A DNA stretch of 24,549 nucleotides from a virus. Lineage: Duplodnaviria; Caudoviricetes. Shown here one piece after another: positions 1 to 6,413 of this stretch; within the stretch, counting starts at the first letter, position 1; every line of letters begins with the position of its first letter. Made by a program: the position numbers and the translations under genes. Under the pieces are notes generated by a model. It ran no database searches. It worked only from the letters and a program-made list of their open reading frames with translations, and was not told the DNA's origin. The stretch spans positions 1 to 24,549 of the IMG/VR virus record IMGVR_UViG_3300020045_003678; one strand, written 5' to 3'.

Positions 1-1
1 T

Positions 2-244
2 GAAAACGGCATTATCGCAAAAACGTTCAGTGCTGAATCAGCAAGCATCAACACAGCACCATACCCTAGCATGGAAAAAGGCATTGGCTGGCAACCATCC
101 ACAAACGCTGATTGGTCTGGCTTTGCGCTCATCCGAGGCGGCTGCTGGCGCTCGGTCGGCAATGCGGGCGTGTTCGCTCTCAGCGGCGATTGGCCTGACC
201 TCGACTACTCCTATGTCGGCTTCCGCTGCACCAAAAGTCTCTAG
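2..244 (+). CDS. 3' end of a DGR target protein (C-type lectin / FGE-sulfatase-like fold); 5' end lies outside the window
   Basis: Not in the ORF track. Frame 2 is open from the window edge: ENGIIAKTFSAESASINTAPYPSMEKGIGWQPSTNADWSGFALIRGGCWRSVGNAGVFALSGDWPDLDYSYVGFRCTKSL*. RGGxW...GFRC is the canonical CLec-type DGR target C-terminus. Confidence 0.88.
   Translation, partial: ENGIIAKTFSAESASINTAPYPSMEKGIGWQPSTNADWSGFALIRGGCWRSVGNAGVFALSGDWPDLDYSYVGFRCTKSL
113..232 (+). repeat. DGR variable region (VR) with probable IMH at its 3' end; no template repeat partner in the window
   Basis: Hand count: 10 A in 117 nt (113-229) versus 41 A in the preceding 111 nt. Codons at the expected variable positions end in C/T (TTT, TGC, CGC, GCT, AGC, CTC, TAC, TCC, TAT), as expected for mutated AAY codons. 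Confidence 0.8.
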
Positions 245-259
245 TCACTTGTCCATCAT

Positions 260-284
260 GCCGTCCGCTTGAAAGGCGGGCGGC
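260..284 (+). promoter_or_regulatory. GC-rich hairpin downstream of the VR (DGR target-recognition hairpin or terminator)
   Basis: GCCGTCCGCTT-GAA-AGGCGGGCGGC, starting 16 nt after the target stop codon, in the position where DGR hairpins usually lie. Confidence 0.65.
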
Positions 285-296
285 TTTAATAGGAGA

Positions 297-1076
297 TTGA
301 AAATTAGCACTAACCAAGTCAAAGGTATCGAAGTCAACTTCACCGCCGCCGATCCACACGTGGAGATCAGCGAGAAGCTTCAAGCCCAATATCCGCAACA
401 CCTGATATTGGTGCAAGCTGGCAATTTCATGCATGCTTTTAACAGATCGGCCTACGCGTTGCACACGTTAAAGCAATACAAAATTAGGCTTGCTGGGCCA
501 GCTAAATGCCCTCACCTATTGGTTGGTTTTCCAGTTGCAAATTACAAACAGCGCTTATGGCCAATTGTCGATGAACATAATATTTCATATATGGTCGTCA
601 CAAAAAATAATATTGAGACATGTGAAGCAACAGCACCAAGTTACGCAATGGATGCAATCTCAGACGACATCGTGAATCAGGTGATTGCGGATCTAATCAC
701 ACACAAGCAGCTCAAAACATCCATTACCGCTAAAGCATTGGCCAACCCAAACACTCAGGACTTTATCTTCAAGAATAAAGCCAGTGCGCTTGATTCACAG
801 CTACTGCAAGACATTATCAAACTACCGCGCGATATTCGTGTGACATGGGGCGAAAACATACGCCAAACCATGCAGCGTATCATGCGCAACACCTTTCTTT
901 ATGGCAATGAAGACAACAAACCACAGCTATTAAAGCAGCTATCAGCAGACGTGGATTTAATTCGTCATTATATTTGCCAGGCGCAAGCACTAAACCTATT
1001 CAAGATTGGATTTGAGCATCGAGTAGGTTTAGTGGTCGAGCTTGGTCGAATCTTAGGGTTAGCTAAATTATGTTGA
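297..1076 (+). CDS. avd: DGR accessory protein: N-terminal MutS domain I-like region fused to a C-terminal Avd-like four-helix bundle
   Basis: N-terminal YPQHLILVQAGNFMHAF resembles MutS_I (YPDxLLxxxxGxFYExF). C-terminal KLPRDIRVTWGENIRQ...LKQLSADVDLIRHYI...ELGRILG follows the Avd pattern. AGGAG RBS precedes the start, and the gene directly follows a DGR target. Confidence 0.78.
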   Translation: MKISTNQVKGIEVNFTAADPHVEISEKLQAQYPQHLILVQAGNFMHAFNRSAYALHTLKQYKIRLAGPAKCPHLLVGFPVANYKQRLWPIVDEHNISYMVVTKNNIETCEATAPSYAMDAISDDIVNQVIADLITHKQLKTSITAKALANPNTQDFIFKNKASALDSQLLQDIIKLPRDIRVTWGENIRQTMQRIMRNTFLYGNEDNKPQLLKQLSADVDLIRHYICQAQALNLFKIGFEHRVGLVVELGRILGLAKLC

Positions 1077-1102
1077 CAACCGTAAATCACAAAGAGTATA
1101 TT
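1073..1102 (+). promoter_or_regulatory. Sigma70-type promoter of the inserted cassette
   Basis: TTGACA (1073-1078), 18-nt spacer, TATATT (1097-1102), immediately upstream of the structured leader. Confidence 0.65.
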
Positions 1103-1107
1103 CCGCT

Positions 1108-1310
1108 TACTACTTCACATGAAGTGGTCGGGATTGGCGTCCTGAGTGTGGCGGCGAGCAGCCGCAAAGTATTGAGCAATGCGGCTTTTTTACGTCTAGT
1201 GTTTCCCTCTATGGGCGGGCTAGGCGGGGAGTTGCAAAACTCGCAGGTGCCGCACCTGTACGCCAACCCGTCTAGTTCCGTCCACCCAATTGGCGTTGGG
1301 TGTTCGGTTA
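1108..1310 (+). ncRNA. C4-antisense/ash-like structured RNA leader
   Basis: Serial hairpins. TTGGCG loops at 1134-1139 and 1290-1295 are complementary to CGCCAA at 1261-1266. A terminator-like AGCCGC...GCGGCTTTTTT lies at 1160-1191. The in-frame peptide MGGLGGELQNSQVPHLYANPSSSVHPIGVG resembles the ash-family pattern. Confidence 0.6.
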
Positions 1311-1333
1311 AACGAACTATGCGGAGAAATACC

Positions 1334-1798
1334 ATGCAATCAGCAATAGCTACCACATACCAAAAAACCACCATTAAACGCGCTTTACGCATATTGGAAT
1401 CATCTTTTACGCGTGAAAATTGCAATCCATTTGAAAATCCATCTGATATAAAAAATTATTTAAGACTGAAGTTTTCAGACCTTCAGCATGAAGAATTTTA
1501 TGCAATATGGATGGATAGCCAAAATAAAATAATTAGCATTGAAAAGCTAGCAAGCGGATCAATAAGAGAATGCCATATTTATCCAAGGGAAATTGTTAAA
1601 TCTGCAATAAAGCATAATGCCGCTTCTGTTGCATTTTTTCATAATCATCCAAGCGGCAATTCAAGTCCAAGCATTGCAGACATTGCGCTGACAATTGAAC
1701 TTAAAAGAATCCTTTCCATAATTGAAACGCAGGTTTTAGACCATTTAATAATAGGCATTGATAGCGTTGTCAGTCTTGCTGAAAGAGGGTTAATTTAA
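1334..1798 (+). CDS. radC: RadC-like JAB/MPN-domain protein (short mobile-element type)
   Basis: HEEFYAIWMDSQNKII, YPREIVKSA, HNHPSG-x4-S-x2-D and VLDHLIIG motifs. True start is probably ATG 1334 after GGAG (1323-1326), not 1070. Confidence 0.92.
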   Translation: MQSAIATTYQKTTIKRALRILESSFTRENCNPFENPSDIKNYLRLKFSDLQHEEFYAIWMDSQNKIISIEKLASGSIRECHIYPREIVKSAIKHNAASVAFFHNHPSGNSSPSIADIALTIELKRILSIIETQVLDHLIIGIDSVVSLAERGLI

Positions 1799-2406
1799 TG
1801 ATTGGGAAAAAATTTGGCAGGCTTACTGTTGTTAATAGGATTTTAAATAAATGGCAATGTATCTGCGATTGCGGTAAAGAGCATGAAGTTATTACTTCAA
1901 AATTAAATAGCGGACATACTAAAAGTTGCGGTTGTTTAAATTCAGAAAAAGCTAGAAATAGAAGATTGACTCATGGAGCTTCAAAGTCACTTACATATAA
2001 ACGCTGGCAGACAATGAAGAGAAGATGCAATAAAAAAAATGGTGAAAGTTTTAACAGATATTCAGCAAGAGGAATAGTTATATGTAAAAAATGGCTTGAT
2101 TCATTTGAAGAGTTTTTATCTGATATGGGAGAGTGCCCTAGTAAAGAATTTACTATTGAAAGAATTGATAATAATGGAAATTATGAACCAGAAAACTGCA
2201 AATGGGCAACCAGAGTAGAACAAAATAAAAATACATCAAGAACACATTTTATGGAGTACAAAGGCGAGAGGCTTTGTATTACGGACTGGGCTTTAAAACT
2301 TAAAATATCTCGCTCAACACTATCTATGTGGATTAACAATGGACTGACAATGGAAGGAGTAATTACAAAGTCAAATTCAATAAAATCCATTAGGAATATA
2401 AAGTGA
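1798..2406 (+). CDS. HNH-type (homing-like) endonuclease
   Basis: GKKFGRLTV...CICDCG...SCGC N-terminus and TIERIDNNGNYEPENCKWAT..EQNKN nuclease motif. Coupled to radC by a TAATG overlap. Confidence 0.85.
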   Translation: MIGKKFGRLTVVNRILNKWQCICDCGKEHEVITSKLNSGHTKSCGCLNSEKARNRRLTHGASKSLTYKRWQTMKRRCNKKNGESFNRYSARGIVICKKWLDSFEEFLSDMGECPSKEFTIERIDNNGNYEPENCKWATRVEQNKNTSRTHFMEYKGERLCITDWALKLKISRSTLSMWINNGLTMEGVITKSNSIKSIRNIK

Positions 2407-2570
2407 TATGGCCAACACATATTTCAACAGGCGCATACCTACGCCGCCGATACCATCACACGCTAAGGCAACACGAATCAGGTATTTACGATCGCAGTCA
2501 AGCGGTTAGGTCCTATATGGCCGCGCTTGCACATACGGGAAGTGTAATTAAAAAAAATGTTCTTAACTGA
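2403..2570 (+). pseudogene. C-terminal remnant of a DGR reverse transcriptase
   Basis: Not in the ORF track. Reads VIWPTHISTGAYLRRRYHHTLRQHESGIYDRSQAVRSYMAALAHTGSVIKKNVLN*, resembling the region after the RT motif-7 FLGYxIWPTH and the thumb (S[WY]xxxxxH). There is an in-frame stop just upstream (2391-2393) and no YxDD core in the window. Confidence 0.65.
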
Positions 2571-2778
2571 TAAAGAAATCGCAGAGCTAACAGGCATAAA
2601 ACGTGGATGCAACGGCTTCACGCGCGCTCAGCTTCAGTGCAAACATTTAAGAGAAAATGGCATTAAATTTTTTACAAACACGCGCGGAGAACCAAAGATA
2701 CCAAAAGCATTTATTGAAGGTGGACAACAAACAACGACCAATGCATGGCAACCAAGAATATTGCAAAAAACAGCGTAA
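2557..2778 (+). CDS. Putative excisionase (DUF4224-like)
   Basis: MFLTDKEIAELTG...QCKHLRENGIKFFTNTRGEP; 73 aa, directly upstream of the integrase. Confidence 0.8.
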   Translation: MFLTDKEIAELTGIKRGCNGFTRAQLQCKHLRENGIKFFTNTRGEPKIPKAFIEGGQQTTTNAWQPRILQKTA

Positions 2779-2789
2779 GAGAATAAATT

Positions 2790-3839
2790 ATGCCAATGGG
2801 CAGACAACCAACCAGAAATTTAAACTTACCAGATAAAATGCGCGCACGGCATCGCGCTAACAAAACCTATTATTTTTATGATTGTGGCGGCAAGCCACGC
2901 AAAGAAATATCACTAGGCAGCGACTACATAACCGCCGTTCAACAGTGGTCACAGCTTCACAAAGCCAATATACCAAAAGGCTCACAGCCTACATTCATCA
3001 TGCTTTGGAATAAGTTTGTTGAAACTGATCTGCAAGACAAATCAGCCCAAACACAAAAAGATTATATGAAATGCAGTAAATGGCTACTTAAATTTTTTAA
3101 TGATCCACCTGCCATTCTGGATACTATCAACCCAATTCATATTCGCCAGTATTTAGATTGGCGTGGTGAAACATCAAAAAGCCGTGCTAATAAAGAACGT
3201 GCATTATTTTCTCTTTTATGGAACCGCGCCAGGGAATGGGGTTATACAAACCTTGCCAACCCAACGACAGGTATTGATGGATTTAAAACGAAATCACGTG
3301 ATATTTATATTGAGGATAATATTTATAACTTAGTGTACCAATGTGCGGACCAGCCAACAAAGGATGCTTTAGATTTAAGTTATTTGACTGCACAACGCCC
3401 GGCCGATGTAATTAAAATGTCTGAAACTGACATTCAAGACGGCACGCTCATTGTTAAGCAAAATAAAACAGATGCAAAACTACGCATTGCCATTGTTGGT
3501 GAGCTAGAAATATTAATTAATAGGATTGCAGAGCGTAAGAAATCATTCAAAGTATTTAGCTTAAAATTGATTGTTGATGAATATGGGAAACCAATCAGCC
3601 AGCGCGCAATTTGGGAGAGATTCAATAAAGCGCGGAAACAAGCTGCATTAGAAAACCCAAAATTAGAAGAAAGAATCAATGAATACCAATGGCGCGACCT
3701 TCGCGCAAAAGGCGGAACAGACACCGCAACAGAGCATGATATGCGCACCGCGCAAAAGCTACTTGGACATTCCAGTGTTACAATGACGGAAATTTATGTA
3801 CGCAATAAAATAGGTGAGTCAGTTAATCCAACAAAATAG
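2790..3839 (+). CDS. int: Tyrosine recombinase (phage integrase)
   Basis: Catalytic motifs LTAQRPADV (R), KQNKT (K), RDLRAK, LLGHSSVTMTEIY (H, Y). Confidence 0.95.
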   Translation: MPMGRQPTRNLNLPDKMRARHRANKTYYFYDCGGKPRKEISLGSDYITAVQQWSQLHKANIPKGSQPTFIMLWNKFVETDLQDKSAQTQKDYMKCSKWLLKFFNDPPAILDTINPIHIRQYLDWRGETSKSRANKERALFSLLWNRAREWGYTNLANPTTGIDGFKTKSRDIYIEDNIYNLVYQCADQPTKDALDLSYLTAQRPADVIKMSETDIQDGTLIVKQNKTDAKLRIAIVGELEILINRIAERKKSFKVFSLKLIVDEYGKPISQRAIWERFNKARKQAALENPKLEERINEYQWRDLRAKGGTDTATEHDMRTAQKLLGHSSVTMTEIYVRNKIGESVNPTK

Positions 3840-4063
3840 TTTTGCGGAAAAGCTGAACAATTGCGGAACGAATTTAAATAAAATCCCGCAAACACCGCAT
3901 AAAATAACGCTTTAAAAGTAATGCCCTCGTAGCTCAGTGGATAGAGCAAGTGCCAGCATTATATAGATAAAATGCGGCTTACAGAGCGATTATAGTTCCG
4001 CAAAATCGCATTTTAAAACCTAGCATTTATGCGGTTCTATAAACTTTTGCGGAACGAATTTAA
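3840..4063. other. attP region with arm-type repeats
   Basis: 17-bp direct repeat TTGCGGAACGAATTTAA at 3861-3877 and 4047-4063. Related TTTGCGGAA at 3841 and inverted GTTCCGCAAAA at 3995-4005. ACCGCATAAA/TTTATGCGGT inverted pair at 3894-3903 and 4026-4035. These flank a tRNA fragment. Confidence 0.82.
3923..3954 (+). tRNA. 5' fragment of a tRNA (Arg-like), probable attP core; not a complete tRNA
   Basis: GCCCTCG-TA-GCTC-AGTGGATA-GAGC-A-AGTGC-C gives the acceptor 5' strand, D arm and 5' anticodon stem. No anticodon loop or T arm follows. Confidence 0.75.
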
Positions 4064-4066
4064 TAG

Positions 4067-4657
4067 CTAATTACCTGTGGCACAAATTGCCATCCTACAA
4101 ACCTCATCACGCCAACCGCTTAATGCATTAAAATCAATCGTGGTTATGGTGCAGGCTTGTTTGAGGTTTTCGTATTGCTTATCAATGGTTGCGTAACGCT
4201 CTCGCCAGTGTTCGGAATCCCCTTCGGTATCGGTGGGAGTTTGATCTCTGGTAACAATATCTCTCGATATTTGGTCTCGCAGCAGCCCGCGCAACTCAGC
4301 AATATTAATATCAGTAACGACGCGTTCTTTAGCGTTGATGTTTTGTTGTTTAACATATTCGGCCTTCACTTGCTCGAGTTGGAAAAGATAGCTTTCATTC
4401 ACCACTTTTAAAGCGCGATTAGCACTATCAAGTTTTACTTTATTTTCAGCCTCACGTTTTGCAAACTCAACTTTTTGTGTAGTGATGTAACTGTTTAATT
4501 CTGCAACGGCTTTATCACGTGATTTGTGGCACGCGCTTAAACTTACTCGGTAATACGTTATGATTGACGCGACCAAAATAATGCCTGTAATCGCGCCAAA
4601 AATAACGGTTTTACTTGGCAATTTAATGCCAATGATGCCGAGTAAGAAGCTGAACAT
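4067..4657 (-). CDS. Rz: i-spanin (Rz-like)
   Basis: N-terminal TM helix, long coiled-coil and C-terminal Cys residues; last gene of the lysis cassette. Confidence 0.75.
   Translation of the reverse strand: MFSFLLGIIGIKLPSKTVIFGAITGIILVASIITYYRVSLSACHKSRDKAVAELNSYITTQKVEFAKREAENKVKLDSANRALKVVNESYLFQLEQVKAEYVKQQNINAKERVVTDINIAELRGLLRDQISRDIVTRDQTPTDTEGDSEHWRERYATIDKQYENLKQACTITTIDFNALSGWRDEVCRMAICATGN
4144..4356 (-). CDS. Rz1: o-spanin lipoprotein (Rz1-like), fully embedded in the i-spanin gene
   Basis: Signal peptide with lipobox LILLSCAGC and a Pro-rich mature region; alternate frame inside Rz. Confidence 0.75.
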   Translation of the reverse strand: MLNNKTSTLKNASLLILILLSCAGCCETKYREILLPEIKLPPIPKGIPNTGESVTQPLISNTKTSNKPAP

Positions 4658-4660
4658 GAT

Positions 4661-5089
4661 TTAAGTCGCAGTGCGATTTAAAATACTATCCATCGTATAA
4701 CCTGCTAAAAACGACGCCATAATCAAACTAGGCCAAGGCGCTGGAATTGGGTTGATAGCAAACCATGCAATTGCACTAGAAAATAAAGCTGTCAACGTTT
4801 TGAGTGAGGCATTAACGTTTTCAACGAACAGATATTTAAATAAGCCACCGACACCGCCTGTGACTAAGCCTTTTTTAACATCCACTAAAAAGTGAATAAC
4901 AACGCCAACAAATGCAATCAGTAAAAATGCTGCAATTTGACCAATGCCAGCCGCGCCAATGTTTGTCCAATCAAATGCTGACCAGATAAATGACAAGATG
5001 CTGAATAGATCACCGCCAACCACTTCAGCCGCATATGCAGGCATAGCGAAAACCGCCAAACTTAAAACAAGAATATGTGAAAACTTCAT
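4661..5089 (-). CDS. Multi-pass membrane protein in the lysis cassette (holin/antiholin candidate)
   Basis: Signal-peptide-like N-terminus (PAYA-A) and 3-4 hydrophobic segments. Confidence 0.55.
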   Translation of the reverse strand: MKFSHILVLSLAVFAMPAYAAEVVGGDLFSILSFIWSAFDWTNIGAAGIGQIAAFLLIAFVGVVIHFLVDVKKGLVTGGVGGLFKYLFVENVNASLKTLTALFSSAIAWFAINPIPAPWPSLIMASFLAGYTMDSILNRTAT

Positions 5090-5101
5090 AATAAATACTC
5101 C

Positions 5102-5212
5102 TTATAAATAACTAATTAAAATCAATAAAGCAACTGCACCTACACAAACCTTTAGCCATAATTTCTCATTGGCATTAAGGATTATTTTTAAATCTGATAG
5201 ACGTTGCTTCAT
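5102..5212 (-). CDS. 36-aa single-TM protein (not in ORF track)
   Basis: MKQRLSDLKIILNANEKLWLKVCVGAVALLILISYL*. ATGA overlap with the endolysin stop; fills the gap up to the next gene's RBS. Confidence 0.65.
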   Translation of the reverse strand: MKQRLSDLKIILNANEKLWLKVCVGAVALLILISYL

Positions 5213-5652
5213 AGCAAAAATAATAATTTCTCGGATTGTCTACGTTGCGCTAATCCAGCGACCTTTTTACCGCCAGCGTAAGACCATTTATCAAACTCAT
5301 GTGCAGCGCCAATAATGTCATTGGCATTCAGCTTTTTAAGTAACGTGCTAGTTCGTAAAGCTTGCGCCCCTACGTTGTAAGTAAAGCTGACTAAAGCATC
5401 AAATTTATTTTGACTGATAGGAACTTTCACATAGCGATTAATAGCCTCTTCAAAATTCGTGATAGTCTGTGCCAATAAAGCGTAAGCCTCAATTTTTGTA
5501 ATTGGTTCATCAGTAAGTTTTACTGGCAATCCATTGGCGTAACGAGTTGAACCTATGCCAATGGTTGGAACGCCAGCGCTGCACAAATATGGCTTAGAGC
5601 GAAATCCCTCGAAGCGCTCGATCAACTCAATTCCGCGTTTTGAAGTAATCAT
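5209..5652 (-). CDS. Endolysin, GH24 lysozyme
   Basis: FEGFRSKPYLCSAGVPTIGIGST (E-x8-C-x5-T), FDALVSFTYNVG, GLAQRRQSE. Confidence 0.95.
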   Translation of the reverse strand: MITSKRGIELIERFEGFRSKPYLCSAGVPTIGIGSTRYANGLPVKLTDEPITKIEAYALLAQTITNFEEAINRYVKVPISQNKFDALVSFTYNVGAQALRTSTLLKKLNANDIIGAAHEFDKWSYAGGKKVAGLAQRRQSEKLLFLL

Positions 5653-5894
5653 AAAACCTCTTCATCATCGAAAAAGTTAGTGCGCAATTGATTGTTAATT
5701 TTCAATTCGTGCAATTCTTGAGCGCGTTTATTGGATTGATGTTTGTAATAAGCGTTAATTGCTAAACCTATAACAGCAATTAACAAACCACCAAATGCCG
5801 CAATATCAGACGATGTTAAGCCACCAAATAAAGCGGTTATCCCACCTGCCATCGTTGCATTTGATGCAGCCTTTTCGATTAAATCATGCTCCAT
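5649..5894 (-). CDS. Holin
   Basis: 81 aa with hydrophobic helices followed by YYK and a charged tail; overlaps the endolysin start. Confidence 0.8.
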   Translation of the reverse strand: MEHDLIEKAASNATMAGGITALFGGLTSSDIAAFGGLLIAVIGLAINAYYKHQSNKRAQELHELKINNQLRTNFFDDEEVL

Positions 5895-5906
5895 AACTAG
5901 CCTTTC

Positions 5907-6413
5907 TTATTTGTATTTTCGTAAACCGATCACACGGTTTGCATAAAGCAAACGTGGCTTTCCCTTATGTTCTTTCCACCCAATATTCACTGAGTTGTAA
6001 TAGCCAAACGCCAATGGAATATCTTTTTTAAATTGCCAGCCCTGCCCTACTGGTAAACTAAACAGCAAGTAATGCCAACCATAAGCGGTATTGCGTGAAA
6101 GCCACCAAAGCCTGCACCAATAGCGGATTAACCAAGAATTGAGATATTGATTTATTGATACCTTAGATAAAAATGGAATGTCGTAAAGGCCCCACCAGCC
6201 TTCGTCCACTGCATTGTCATGGGTTTGCCACAGGTAAAATATTGGGTGCAAATATTCGCGCTGCATTGTGATGACTTGCTTATCAAAGCGTTTAACAATG
6301 TCTGTTCGCTGTTTGCGAACAACAAACAGGCAGGCAAGTGGATTAGTCAGCCAGCAGATCAGCTCCACCAATAAGGCTGGGATGAAGTAGATTAGCCAAA
6401 GTAACTTATACAT
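5907..6413 (-). CDS. Hypothetical phage protein (Trp-rich, N-terminal hydrophobic segment)
   Basis: WQTHDNAVD and WLSRNTAYG motifs; coupled to the tail fibre gene. Confidence 0.6.
   Translation of the reverse strand: MYKLLWLIYFIPALLVELICWLTNPLACLFVVRKQRTDIVKRFDKQVITMQREYLHPIFYLWQTHDNAVDEGWWGLYDIPFLSKVSINQYLNSWLIRYWCRLWWLSRNTAYGWHYLLFSLPVGQGWQFKKDIPLAFGYYNSVNIGWKEHKGKPRLLYANRVIGLRKYK

Noticed and set aside
30-272. 80-aa ORF from the track (and antisense ORF 180-464)
   Set aside because: Shadow frames; the overlapping frame 2-244 carries the recognisable RGGxW...GFRC motif.
1070-1333. 88-aa N-terminal extension of RadC in the 242-aa ORF call
   Set aside because: The start overlaps the -35 box and the region is a structured leader; a GGAG RBS precedes ATG 1334. 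Translation from the ash-like ATG at 1211 remains possible.
1077-2402. DGR template repeat, or an intron interrupting the RT
   Set aside because: No AAC-rich copy of the VR was found by eye here or elsewhere in the window. No RT 5' exon lies upstream of the cassette, so splicing could not restore an RT.
3923-4000. Complete tRNA gene
   Set aside because: No anticodon loop, T arm (GTTCRA) or matching acceptor 3' strand follows position 3954.
3841-4063. TTGCGGAA repeats as a CRISPR array
   Set aside because: Repeats are short, irregularly spaced and in mixed orientation, there are no cas genes, and the position beside int fits arm-type sites.
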